33,601 nucleotides of DNA from a bacterium (GCA_021818075.1 JAKAFD010000001.1:1-33601), one strand, 5' to 3'. Counted from the stretch's first letter, positions 1 through 8,593 are shown. The notes: generated from the sequence alone by a model not told the origin. Made by a program: numbers and translations.

Positions 1-17
1 CTAATATTAATAATTAA

Positions 18-41
18 ACCGCTAATTTTAGCGGTTTTTTG
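18..41 (+). terminator. Intrinsic terminator of a gene lying upstream of the window
   Basis: Stem ACCGCTA/TAGCGGT (18-24/29-35), 4-nt loop, T-run to 40. Confidence 0.6.
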
Positions 42-48
42 TTATCCA

Positions 49-77
49 TTGACATTTAATATTAAATATGTTATTAT
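49..77 (+). promoter_or_regulatory. Sigma70-type promoter for the 134-822 gene pair
   Basis: TTGACA (49-54), 17-nt spacer, TATTAT (72-77), TG at 69-70. Confidence 0.5.
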
Positions 78-133
78 ATTAGCAATCTTAAATTAAAAAT
101 GTATTATTAAAAACTTAATAAAAAGGAGAGAAA

Positions 134-511
134 ATGGCAGATGAAAAACGCCTGGATTTAGGTTTGGTCGGTAATTGCATAAAAGTAATTATGACCAAGG
201 CTGATCCGGTTGAAGCAGAGCAAATGAAAATATGCTTAATTCAGATGTATAATTTGGAAGAAAACAAAGTAGTTTTCTGGACCAAATTTATGAATCTGTT
301 AGCCAGGGCTTATAAATCAACTACCGACCCGTCAGCTAAGTATTTATTGGGGGAAGCATACAAGTTGGCTGATACCAATGCTAAGGTTTTGAGATGGCAA
401 GAGTTAGGAAATTTCAAACAAGCTTATGCCGAGCAATCTAAAGCTAAGGGTCAGATATTTGATAAGCCGGATATCAACCCGAGCAAAAGGGACAGCGCAT
501 GCTGGAATTAA
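134..511 (+). CDS. Hypothetical protein, 125 aa, no recognisable motif
   Basis: ORF track; AGGAGAG Shine-Dalgarno at 124-130; follows a consensus-like promoter. Confidence 0.55.
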   Translation: MADEKRLDLGLVGNCIKVIMTKADPVEAEQMKICLIQMYNLEENKVVFWTKFMNLLARAYKSTTDPSAKYLLGEAYKLADTNAKVLRWQELGNFKQAYAEQSKAKGQIFDKPDINPSKRDSACWN

Positions 512-822
512 CCTTTTGTTTAAAACAGGTGATTGACGCAATGAACCCAAGAGAGCAGTTTGAGATTATTTCTTTGGGACACACCATTAAGCGCTGGCAC
601 CGGCATGGTCGCGATACCAGACGGGTGATAGTGGTGTTTTTACAATCGGCGTTAACGGCCGCCAAAAATTCGCCAGCCGAGTCCTTGCTAAGCCGGACTT
701 ACGAGCAGGTGAGTGAAGAGTCGTCAGCGGAATTTGCCGAAGCTATCGTCGGTTTAATGAATCAATATTGTTTGAGAAAATATTATTCCAGCAATATTGT
801 CATTAACCAAACTAGAGACTAA
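499..822 (+). CDS. Hypothetical protein, 107 aa, overlaps the previous ORF by 13 nt
   Basis: ORF track; AAAGGGA upstream of the ATG; followed by a terminator at 840-867. Confidence 0.5.
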   Translation: MLELTFCLKQVIDAMNPREQFEIISLGHTIKRWHRHGRDTRRVIVVFLQSALTAAKNSPAESLLSRTYEQVSEESSAEFAEAIVGLMNQYCLRKYYSSNIVINQTRD

Positions 823-839
823 TTGTAATTTTAAAAAAA

Positions 840-867
840 GGGAGTAGCAATACTCCTTTTTATTTTT
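840..867 (+). terminator. Intrinsic terminator, member of a repeated terminator-promoter junction
   Basis: GGAGTA-gcaa-TACTCC hairpin followed by a T-run; near-identical copies at 1645 and 2062. Confidence 0.7.
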
Positions 868-895
868 GACAAAAAATTTAATAGGGGATTATAAT
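866..895 (+). promoter_or_regulatory. Promoter of small-membrane-protein cassette 1
   Basis: TTGACA (866-871), 18-nt spacer containing ATAGGGGA, TATAAT (890-895). Confidence 0.55.
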
Positions 896-943
896 TAAAG
901 CAAAAGGTAAATAATTTTGTTCATTTAAATTTCCGGGTGACTT

Positions 944-1192
944 ATGCGAGAAGAAAAAGACCAACGCCAACAAAGAAAAACCCTGGTGTATTCACTGATA
1001 AGTTTACTCCTTGGCTACCTGTTAATCTGGGAAGGAGGCAGCTGGCTTTTCAGTAAAGGCGGCTTTATCTATGTAACGCCATACTTCGCTGTATTGACAG
1101 CTATTTTTGCCAATTTGGATTACGATAAGATAATAGTTACTGCGAAAAAAGTGGCGGGCAAGCTGTTCAGTTGGAATGAGATTAAAATTTAA
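944..1192 (+). CDS. Small 2-TM membrane protein, cassette 1 (82 aa)
   Basis: ORF track; two hydrophobic segments (LVYSLISLLLGYLLIW, YVTPYFAVLTAIFA); own promoter and terminator. Confidence 0.6.
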   Translation: MREEKDQRQQRKTLVYSLISLLLGYLLIWEGGSWLFSKGGFIYVTPYFAVLTAIFANLDYDKIIVTAKKVAGKLFSWNEIKI

Positions 1193-1195
1193 AAA

Positions 1196-1226
1196 AGAGG
1201 CGACATAAGTTGCCTCTTTTATCTTT
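1196..1226 (+). terminator. Intrinsic terminator after cassette 1
   Basis: AGAGGC...GCCTCT hairpin (1196-1217) followed by a T-rich run. Confidence 0.6.
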
Positions 1227-1255
1227 TTGACAAAAAAATAAATAGGGGATAGGAT
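1227..1255 (+). promoter_or_regulatory. Promoter of cassette 2
   Basis: TTGACA (1227-1232), 17-nt spacer ending ATAGGGGA, TAGGAT (1250-1255). Confidence 0.5.
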
Positions 1256-1299
1256 AAAGGCAAATAAAATATTATTGAACCTTTAAAACCGGGGGATTT

Positions 1300-1629
1300 A
1301 TGAAATATTATCTCATTGAGGACCAAAAACAGCAAAAGCGATTTTTTGTGTTTGAGGGAAGAAGTAGAGACATGGTTATTAGCGCCAAGCTGGTAATGAT
1401 TGCCAGTGTCATTATTTTTGCGGGGAGTATTATTGGTTGTTTCATAATACCATGGGGCGGTGTTAGAGAGTTTTTTATTGTCTATGGTGTATCACTTATA
1501 TTTGTTACGGCACTATTTTTCTATGGTATACATAGAAGCGTATTTCGAAAATTTTCTAAGGTCGGCACTCAAGAGATTATTGACAACAAAGAAATTATTA
1601 ATGGAACCCAAGAAATTAATAGCAATTAG
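1300..1629 (+). CDS. Small 2-TM membrane protein, cassette 2 (109 aa)
   Basis: ORF track; GGGGGA SD; two TM segments; C-terminal tail QEIIDNKEIINGTQEINSN is shared with cassette 3. Confidence 0.65.
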   Translation: MKYYLIEDQKQQKRFFVFEGRSRDMVISAKLVMIASVIIFAGSIIGCFIIPWGGVREFFIVYGVSLIFVTALFFYGIHRSVFRKFSKVGTQEIIDNKEIINGTQEINSN

Positions 1630-1644
1630 CGGTAAAAAATTAAC

Positions 1645-1674
1645 AGGGGAGTAGCAATGCTCCTCTTTTTATTT
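1645..1674 (+). terminator. Intrinsic terminator after cassette 2
   Basis: AGGGGAGTAGCAATGCTCCTCT hairpin plus T-run. Confidence 0.7.
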
Positions 1675-1703
1675 TTGACAAACCAGATAATAGGGGATAA
1701 GAT
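1675..1703 (+). promoter_or_regulatory. Promoter of cassette 3
   Basis: TTGACA (1675-1680), 17-nt spacer ending ATAGGGGA, TAAGAT (1698-1703). Confidence 0.5.
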
Positions 1704-1748
1704 AAAAGCAAATAAAATATTATTGAACCTTTAAAAATGGGGGCGGTT

Positions 1749-2048
1749 ATGAAGAGAGAAACATTAGGCGAGATCGCTGTAGCGGCTTGGTTTCTTGGCA
1801 TGCTTACAACTGCTGTTGGCGGGGCGATTATTTTAAGTTTTTTAGTGGGAGACAATAAGTCTTTGCCAGACACCATAGTTTTCCTATGGCCATTGGCAGT
1901 AGTTGCCGCAAGTTGTTTATGGTTTGTATTCAAATTTAAGAAAACCGTAACAAAGTTATCAAAAAGATTTTGCAAGGATGATGTTCAGAAAATTATTGAT
2001 AATAAAAAAATTATTATTAAAACTCAGGAACATATCAATGTCAATTAA
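1749..2048 (+). CDS. Small 2-TM membrane protein, cassette 3 (99 aa from ATG 1749; the ORF track starts at 1737)
   Basis: Alignment of the leader with cassette 2 puts the homologous ATG at 1749 behind GGGGGCGG; C-terminal tail VQKIIDNKKIIIKTQEHINVN. Confidence 0.6.
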   Translation: MKRETLGEIAVAAWFLGMLTTAVGGAIILSFLVGDNKSLPDTIVFLWPLAVVAASCLWFVFKFKKTVTKLSKRFCKDDVQKIIDNKKIIIKTQEHINVN

Positions 2049-2061
2049 CGGTAAAATTAAC

Positions 2062-2092
2062 AGGGGAGTAGTAATACTCCTCTTTTTATTTT
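2062..2092 (+). terminator. Intrinsic terminator after cassette 3
   Basis: AGGGGAGTAGTAATACTCCTCT hairpin plus T-run. Confidence 0.7.
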
Positions 2093-2204
2093 TTAAAAAT
2101 CGCCTCAGTGCCCCCTCACTACCCTATTACCGCGCCGCAGAGGAGAGGGGGAAAAGAAATATTGGCAGGTAATAGATGCGCTTAAGCGAGGAGAAAAAAT
2201 TTTT

Positions 2205-2236
2205 ATTAAAAAAACAAAAAAGAGGGTAGTGCCCTC
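2205..2236 (-). terminator. Possible weak minus-strand terminator
   Basis: GAGGG-5 nt-CCCTC hairpin (2222-2236) followed on the minus strand by TTTTTTGTTTTTTT. Confidence 0.35.
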
Positions 2237-2379
2237 AAGTGTAAAGAGAAAAAACAATGCGTCGCACAATATAACTTAAACGACACTAAGGCTCAAGGTA
2301 TTGGCATTCAGCTATTAAAATAAAAAAACCGAACTATTGCCTAATATAGCCCGATTTTCTCCCTTAATCGAACTTTACC

Positions 2380-2550
2380 CTACGGCCTAAGTCCTCCGAT
2401 AAGGTTCTTGATGCTCATACCGGCAATTTTTATCTCCGGCGTAAACAATAATCCGATTTTTATGCCCAGCAAAAAAAATCCTATTATGGTAACGCAAAAC
2501 ACCAAAAATGTGATAAAGAAGATTAACTTAAAGACTTTTTCTTGGTCCAT
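2380..2550 (-). CDS. Small membrane protein, 56 aa (below the ORF-track size cutoff)
   Basis: My translation: MDQEKVFKLIFFITFLVFCVTIIGFFLLGIKIGLLFTPEIKIAGMSIKNLIGGLRP; lies directly downstream of the FtsQ-like gene. Confidence 0.35.
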   Translation of the reverse strand: MDQEKVFKLIFFITFLVFCVTIIGFFLLGIKIGLLFTPEIKIAGMSIKNLIGGLRP

Positions 2551-2606
2551 ATTTTAGTTTAGCCTCTCCCCTTGGGGAGTCGGACATAGTTATGTGTCGC
2601 AAAATA

Positions 2607-3425
2607 TTATTGATAAAAAATTCTGTCGCCGTATCTTAAATCAATATATTGTTTGGAGTTGAAGACCTTGCCGTCGCTTAACTCCAGGCGCCGCAGAGTC
2701 TCGAGCTTCAGGAGCTGTTTGGTAACTGGGTCCTCGGTGTTGAATTTAATGACCGGGCCGTTTGTTATTTGAATTTTTACCGTATTCAGTTCATCATCAA
2801 TAAAAATCTCCCTGTCCGTTAAACCTTTAATTTGTTCGCTAAAAGCGCGATTAAGGTCATTAGCGAAGGTTAAGTACTTCTCTTCAATGTTAATTCGTCT
2901 CCCCTCTCGCCTGGCGCGGCCGCGGTTGTAAACCAGCGTGACATTCTCGGCCACTTCAATTTTTTCAAAAATAATATCGCCCTGATAATTAACATAATAA
3001 AAATGATTGTCTTCTTGCCAGATTAAGCCGTAGTTTTGTTCCTGGAAGCTAATCATCAGAGTGTGCGGCAGGCGGATTTTGATTTTTAAATTGCTTAAAT
3101 AATATTTATCATTAATGGCGGCCAGTAAGCTTTTTTTATCAAATAACAGCAGGTTATCGGCTGGCAGCAGCTTGCTTTGATGCGCCGTTTGCCAGGCCAT
3201 ATCAATTAAATCTTGGGTGGCAAAGTTTTTGGCATCGCTCGTCATAACTCTTTCTAACCGGAAACTGGAAGAAATAAACAGCCAATAACCCAGACCGCCA
3301 AAAATCACTAACCATAAAATGCCCCAGGCATAAAACTTTTTTGAGCGGCTCGGACGCTGTCTGCCGGTCCGGCTTTGGTGGTAGGCTTTTGTCCTAACAG
3401 CGTGCCTGGGGCGATATTGATACAT
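2607..3425 (-). CDS. ftsQ: FtsQ/DivIB-like cell division protein
   Basis: Basic N-terminus, one TM (AWGILWLVIFGGLGYWLFI), then a POTRA/FtsQ-like pattern (LSNLKIKIRLPHTLMISFQEQNYGLIWQEDNHFYYVNYQGDII). Confidence 0.55.
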   Translation of the reverse strand: MYQYRPRHAVRTKAYHQSRTGRQRPSRSKKFYAWGILWLVIFGGLGYWLFISSSFRLERVMTSDAKNFATQDLIDMAWQTAHQSKLLPADNLLLFDKKSLLAAINDKYYLSNLKIKIRLPHTLMISFQEQNYGLIWQEDNHFYYVNYQGDIIFEKIEVAENVTLVYNRGRARREGRRINIEEKYLTFANDLNRAFSEQIKGLTDREIFIDDELNTVKIQITNGPVIKFNTEDPVTKQLLKLETLRRLELSDGKVFNSKQYIDLRYGDRIFYQ

Positions 3426-3432
3426 AACCTCC

Positions 3433-4695
3433 TTATTTTATAACTTTAAAATCCAAATACTTTCTTAAAACTTTCGGCATCTTAATGCTGCCGTCGGCTT
3501 GCTGGTAATTTTCCAAAATCGCCACCAAGGCGCGCGCTGTGGCCACGCCGGTACCGTTTAGGGTATGGACCAGCGCCTTATCGCCCTTATCATCACTAAA
3601 ACGGATATTAAGGCCTCTAGCCTGGTAATCAGTGCAGTTAGAGCAAGAAGTCACCTCGGCCCAGTCGCCCAGCTGGCCATTTTTGTTGGGCTTGGCCGGC
3701 AGCCAGGCTTCCAAGTCAAAGGTCCGGCTGGCTGGATTGCCTAAATCGGCCGTGCCGTGGTCAATAACGCGGCAAGGAATTTTCAGGCCCTGCCAAATTT
3801 CTTCTTCAATTTTTAATAATTCATAATGATAAACTTCGCTGTCGGCCGGCCGGGCGAAAATAAACATTTCCACTTTATTAAATTGGTGTACGCGAAACAG
3901 TCCTTTGGAAAATTTGGAATAACTGCCGGCTTCAGTCCTGAAGCACGGCGTCAGAGCGGCATAACGCAGCGGTAAAGTTTTTCCGGCTAAGATTTCGTCG
4001 GCATGATAAGCGCCTAAAGTAATCTCGGCCGTGCCGATTAAACTTAAATTATCGTTGGCAATATTGTAAACTTGCGTAGATTCGCCGCGCGGATTAAAGC
4101 CCATCTCCTCAATCAGCTGGCTGGAAGCCAAATAAGGCGTAGCCAGTAATTGATAACCGTGTTTTTTAATAATATCTAAAGCATAGGCGGTTAAAGCTTG
4201 CTCCAGCTCCGCCAAACGGCCTTTTAAGTAATAAAATTTGGCGCCGGATACTTTGGCGGCGCGTTCCAAGTCAATCAAATCTAATTTTTGCGCCAATTCC
4301 AAATGGTCTTTAGGCGTAAAATTAAACTTGGTCGGCTGGCCGAATTGTTCCATCACTCGATTATCATCTTCATCGGCGCTGATTTTAACATCCGGGTGCG
4401 TTAAGTTGGGCACCGCCAAGAGCAAGGACTTCAAAGTCTCTTCCAAAGACCGCAACTCCCCTTCTTTGACCTGAATTTTGTCGCCCAACTCTTTCATTTT
4501 GGCAATTTCTTCATCGGTCGGTTTGCTTTTGGATTTCTGATTGCGCTCCCCTCTTAAGGCTTGAACCTCGGCCATCAACCGGCGTTTGTTGTCGTCCAAT
4601 TCCAATAATTTATCAATATCCACCCTCGCCTGCCGGTTGGCGCAGTTGGTTTTCACCTCCTCCTTGTGCTCGCGGATGAATTTAATATCCAGCAT
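3433..4695 (-). CDS. serS: Seryl-tRNA synthetase
   Basis: 420 aa; N-terminal coiled-coil arm; class II motifs FRTEAGS...FRVHQFNKVEMF and GTGVATARALVAILENYQ. Confidence 0.95.
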   Translation of the reverse strand: MLDIKFIREHKEEVKTNCANRQARVDIDKLLELDDNKRRLMAEVQALRGERNQKSKSKPTDEEIAKMKELGDKIQVKEGELRSLEETLKSLLLAVPNLTHPDVKISADEDDNRVMEQFGQPTKFNFTPKDHLELAQKLDLIDLERAAKVSGAKFYYLKGRLAELEQALTAYALDIIKKHGYQLLATPYLASSQLIEEMGFNPRGESTQVYNIANDNLSLIGTAEITLGAYHADEILAGKTLPLRYAALTPCFRTEAGSYSKFSKGLFRVHQFNKVEMFIFARPADSEVYHYELLKIEEEIWQGLKIPCRVIDHGTADLGNPASRTFDLEAWLPAKPNKNGQLGDWAEVTSCSNCTDYQARGLNIRFSDDKGDKALVHTLNGTGVATARALVAILENYQQADGSIKMPKVLRKYLDFKVIK

Positions 4696-4703
4696 ATATT
4701 AAT

Positions 4704-5324
4704 TTAAAATTTTAAATTTTCCAGAATATCATTTATTTTATCGCCAATTTCGGAGTCGTCTCCGCCACAATAAGATTCAATTATCAAAGTTTTATTTTTT
4801 CCGAAAATAATGGCATTTTTATATCCGCACATCCCACCTTCGGTAAAAATAATAGCCTGATTACCGTTAACCAAAGTCTCTTTTATAATTCTATATATAC
4901 CGGTATCTCCCAAGAGACTATTTCTAAATTGTTGGTAATCTTTCTTTCCGTAGGCAATAATATTCCAATAATAGCCGCCCCCTCCTTCGCGAATTTGGCT
5001 GTCTCGTTGTCCTAAATCAATTCTCCATAGCCCAGCCTCTTCGCTAAAAGAAATATAACCATTATCACCAATAATATTTTTTTCAGTTACAACCGGTTCC
5101 GGCCAGGTAGAAGGGTAAGTGAAAGAAACGCCCAATTTATTATTTTGAAAAGATTTTTGTCCGTCTTTTGCCGGAGTTGGCGTTTGAGAAGCTGTCGGCG
5201 CCGTTTGTAAATTAGAGGGTTTGTTTACTTGATTTTTCGAATAAAACAGTAAAAGCCCCCAAGCGACAACTGCTATAGCCAATAAACAGACAATGATGTA
5301 AATTACCACATTTCTCCTCTTCAT
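4704..5324 (-). CDS. Hypothetical membrane-anchored or secreted protein, 206 aa
   Basis: ORF track; N-terminal TM/signal anchor VVIYIIVCLLAIAVVAWGLLLF followed by a T/P/S/Q-rich linker. Confidence 0.6.
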   Translation of the reverse strand: MKRRNVVIYIIVCLLAIAVVAWGLLLFYSKNQVNKPSNLQTAPTASQTPTPAKDGQKSFQNNKLGVSFTYPSTWPEPVVTEKNIIGDNGYISFSEEAGLWRIDLGQRDSQIREGGGGYYWNIIAYGKKDYQQFRNSLLGDTGIYRIIKETLVNGNQAIIFTEGGMCGYKNAIIFGKNKTLIIESYCGGDDSEIGDKINDILENLKF

Positions 5325-5394
5325 AATTTTAAATAATTTCTTAAAATTTCTAAATTATTTCAATGTTGTTTGTTGTTTGCTATTTGTTGTTTGA

Positions 5395-7539
5395 TTAAAG
5401 TCCAATTTCCTTGGCGATGCTTTTTAAGGCTTTCAAACTTAAGTCCAAAAAGGCGGTTAAATTAATGTCAGCCAATTCGCACTCGGCAATTATCGCGCGG
5501 TCGCAGTTGGCGGCAAAGCCTTTGGTTTTGTATTTTTTCTCTAAGCTGGCCAATTCCACTTCGGCCAATTTTTTGTCCGGACGCACCAGCGTCGTGGCGA
5601 CAATTAAGCCGGTAACGGTTTCGGCCGCCGCCAGCAGATGCTCCAAATTACCGTTGCGTTTTTTATCAAAGTAGGCCGGGCACTGCGGCGAACCGTAAGC
5701 GTGGGAAATGATAGTATTAATTAAAAATTGGCTGGCGCCGGCATTCTTTAAAATCTCAATCGCTTTAACGCAGTGATGTTTGGGGTCGCTCTTAGTTAAT
5801 TCCCAGTCAATATCGTGCAACAGGCCGATTATTCCCCACTCCTCTTCATTTTGGCCGAAATGGCGGGCCAGCGCGCGCATTATCGCCTCGGTTTCCAAGG
5901 AGTGATATAAAGTATGGACATCGCGGATATTTTCCGCCACCAGCCGTTTGGCGTGTTTATAACTTATGCCAAGGCCACCGGAATCTTTTTTTTTATCTTC
6001 GTTTGGTTTTTCGCCCGGCGAAATTTCCACCACCGAGGCAACTTCCGTGGCCACCGGCGCCACGCCCGGCTGATAATCTTTCGGTTTCATCAGCGGAAAA
6101 ATCTGGCACTCGCGCGCCGATTTATTCATAAAAAAACTAAAAACGCGCTCGCTCATGCCATAACCGCAAGTCGGCGGCATGCCGTATTCCAAGGCTTCCA
6201 CAAAATCCTCGTCCTTGCTTTGCGCTTCCTCATCGCCGGCGTCTTTGAGTTTTTGCTGCTCTTCAAAGCGTTCCAATTGGTCAACCGGATCGTTTAATTC
6301 GCTGTAGCCGTTGCCCAGTTCCGAACCGGCAATAATCGGCTGAAAGCGCTGGGCCAAAGCCGGATTATTATCATCGCGCTTGGCTAAGGGCGACACGGTA
6401 ACCGGCACGCCGACCAAAAAGCCCGGTCCGCCGATTTGTTTGCGGCAATATTTCCAAAGATTATCAATAGCGCGGGTTAGATTAAAGCCTTTGCGGTCGT
6501 ACTCCACGCCCAATTCCTGCAATTTGGCTTCCATTTGCTCCTGACTGGCTTCCAAAATATCAATGTCGGTATATTTTAAGACTGTTTCCCGATAATCATA
6601 GCGCTCCCATGGTTTACCTAAATCAACTTCAAATTCGCCGATAGTAAATTTCAGGGTACCGAAAGTTTCTTCGGCCACGAATTTATACATTTCTTCCACT
6701 AAGGCCATACCCATCTCATAATCGGCATAGCCGTAATAAAACTCCATTTGCGTGTAGTCCTGCAAATGTTCGGCGTCCATACCTTCGTTTCTGAATTGCC
6801 GGCCGATTTCAAAAGTTTTTTCCAGTCCCGCCACCATCAGTTTTTTCTGCCACAATTCGCCCATGGAGATTCTTAAATAAACATCCATATCCAAAGCATT
6901 GTGATGTGTGATGAACGGTTTGGCGTCCGCGCCGCCGGCCGACACTTCCAGCGCCGGCGTTTCCACTTCAATAAAACCGCGAGTTTTCAAAAACGAGCGC
7001 ACCGCGTTCCAGAACTTGTCGCGCTTGATAATCATGTCTTTCACCTCCGGGTCCAGAATTATGTCCAAATATCTTTTGCGCAATCTTTCATCTTCGTTTT
7101 TTAAACCGAAATGCGCGTCGGGAATGCCGCGCAGAGTTTTGGTTAAAAGGCGCCAAGATTTGACCAGCAAACTTTTTTCGCCGGCCTGGGTAGTAAAACA
7201 AGTTCCCTCGGCTTCCAGGAAGTCGTTATTGTCAACTAATTTAGTAAAATTTTTATAAACCTCGTCGCCCAGTTCTTTTTTGTTTAAGACTAATTGCAAA
7301 CCGCCGCTCCAGTCTTCCAGGTCGGCAAAACTGATATTGCCGTGGTCGCGCAGACTGCGCAAGCGGCCGGCAATAATTATCTTATTTTGGGAAGCGCTAA
7401 GTTCCTCAAAATTTTGCAGCGCTTCGGCCACCATGGTGTCGCGATTAGTTTTGGCCGGGTAAGGATTAATGCCGGCGGCCTTAATTTGTTTTAACCGTTC
7501 CAGCCGGTCTTGCCGTTCGCTTTGTTTAGCTTTAATCAT
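5395..7539 (-). CDS. lysS: Lysyl-tRNA synthetase (class II) fused to a C-terminal HD-domain phosphohydrolase
   Basis: About 500 aa of LysRS (FEIGRQFRNEGMD, YGMPPTCGYGMSERV), a linker, then an HD module (HSLETEAIMRALA...GLLHDIDWE...ISHAYG). Confidence 0.9.
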   Translation of the reverse strand: MIKAKQSERQDRLERLKQIKAAGINPYPAKTNRDTMVAEALQNFEELSASQNKIIIAGRLRSLRDHGNISFADLEDWSGGLQLVLNKKELGDEVYKNFTKLVDNNDFLEAEGTCFTTQAGEKSLLVKSWRLLTKTLRGIPDAHFGLKNEDERLRKRYLDIILDPEVKDMIIKRDKFWNAVRSFLKTRGFIEVETPALEVSAGGADAKPFITHHNALDMDVYLRISMGELWQKKLMVAGLEKTFEIGRQFRNEGMDAEHLQDYTQMEFYYGYADYEMGMALVEEMYKFVAEETFGTLKFTIGEFEVDLGKPWERYDYRETVLKYTDIDILEASQEQMEAKLQELGVEYDRKGFNLTRAIDNLWKYCRKQIGGPGFLVGVPVTVSPLAKRDDNNPALAQRFQPIIAGSELGNGYSELNDPVDQLERFEEQQKLKDAGDEEAQSKDEDFVEALEYGMPPTCGYGMSERVFSFFMNKSARECQIFPLMKPKDYQPGVAPVATEVASVVEISPGEKPNEDKKKDSGGLGISYKHAKRLVAENIRDVHTLYHSLETEAIMRALARHFGQNEEEWGIIGLLHDIDWELTKSDPKHHCVKAIEILKNAGASQFLINTIISHAYGSPQCPAYFDKKRNGNLEHLLAAAETVTGLIVATTLVRPDKKLAEVELASLEKKYKTKGFAANCDRAIIAECELADINLTAFLDLSLKALKSIAKEIGL

Positions 7540-7674
7540 ACTAAAAAATTTCCCGCTCCCCGCGGATCAGTCTTATGTGAATTATGCCATTAATTTTAAT
7601 ATATCTCGCGGCTTAAGTCAAAATAAAAAAGCCCCCGCTAATAAGCAGGGGGCGTTAATTTTAAATGCAGCCGG

Positions 7675-8100
7675 TTATTGAGGAGCTGTAAATCTTTTTT
7701 TAAAAACTGCTCTTAATCTGCCCAACTCTGCCAACTCACACACCCTTTGTCTAAAAATTAAAGTTGATGACGGCAAGGGAATGACTTTTATGGCATAATT
7801 ATCAAGTTCGGTAAAATGATCATTATTGTCGATGTCAGCGACAACGGCGACTGGTATGCCTTGTAATTGTGCATTATCCTCTATCATTGAAATAATATCT
7901 TGGCGATGAGCGCAAAAAGATTGATAATCAAACAATAAACATTCCGGATGCAGCTTGCCATTATTTAGTTTTGCCACAGCGTCAGCGATATTGTCACTAT
8001 AATCAATGGTATGGCCTCTCCGTTTAACATTTTCCAGTAATAAATCAATCTCTTTATTGGTTCCGTTAACCAGCGCAAAAACACAAAAAGGACTCTCCAT
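7675..8100 (-). CDS. Hypothetical protein with a receiver (CheY)-like alpha/beta pattern; start moved to MESPF
   Basis: GAGGTG SD upstream of ATG 8100; beta-alpha alternation with LLFDYQ and IPVAVVAD, but the acidic pocket is not canonical. Confidence 0.35.
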   Translation of the reverse strand: MESPFCVFALVNGTNKEIDLLLENVKRRGHTIDYSDNIADAVAKLNNGKLHPECLLFDYQSFCAHRQDIISMIEDNAQLQGIPVAVVADIDNNDHFTELDNYAIKVIPLPSSTLIFRQRVCELAELGRLRAVFKKRFTAPQ

Positions 8101-8137
8101 TTTACACCTCAAATATTTTTTTAAACAACAATTTAAT

Positions 8138-8593
8138 TTATTCAATTTTCAAAATCTTGTACTCAACTTCGCCTTTGGGTGTTACCACTTTAACTTTTTC
8201 CCCTGCCTGCCGGTTTAAAAAGGCCTCGCCGATGGGCGACTCGTTGGAAATCTTGCCCACGAGCGGATCGGCTTCGTTAAAACTGACGATTTCAAATTGG
8301 CGTTCGCGGCCGTCCGACACCACGGTAATTTTTGAACCCATGCCAACAGCGCCGCTGCCCTTGCTTTCTACCACCTTTAAATTTTTAAGTAAGTTGAAAA
8401 TTTCGCCGATGCGGCCCTCGTTAAAAGCTTGTGCTTCTTTGGCATCGGCATACTCGGCGTTCTCGCTCAAGTCCCCGAGCTCCTTGGCCGCTTCAATTCG
8501 TTCGGCGATTTCCCGCCGCTTAACCGTAGATAAATTTTCCAGTTCTTCTTTGAGTTTATTATAACCCTCGGGCGAGATAATTTGGTCGGTCAT
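8138..8593 (-). CDS. greA: Transcription elongation factor GreA
   Basis: 151 aa; N-terminal coiled coil (DLSENAEYADAKEAQ), C-terminal FKBP-like domain ending in the SPIGEAFL pattern. Confidence 0.9.
   Translation of the reverse strand: MTDQIISPEGYNKLKEELENLSTVKRREIAERIEAAKELGDLSENAEYADAKEAQAFNEGRIGEIFNLLKNLKVVESKGSGAVGMGSKITVVSDGRERQFEIVSFNEADPLVGKISNESPIGEAFLNRQAGEKVKVVTPKGEVEYKILKIE

Noticed and set aside
1460-2172. ORFs 1460-1654, 1640-1975 (minus) and 1978-2172 overlapping the small-membrane-protein cassettes
   Set aside because: They cross the conserved terminator-promoter junctions and lack start signals. The cassette ORFs each have an SD at a conserved distance from the leader.
5411-7494. 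Plus-strand ORFs inside lysS (5411-5674, 5914-6297, 6901-7104, 6908-7258, 7280-7462, 7294-7494)
   Set aside because: They are antisense shadow ORFs of a well-supported 714-aa gene. Their composition is R/F/H-rich and low-complexity, and they have no SD or promoter.
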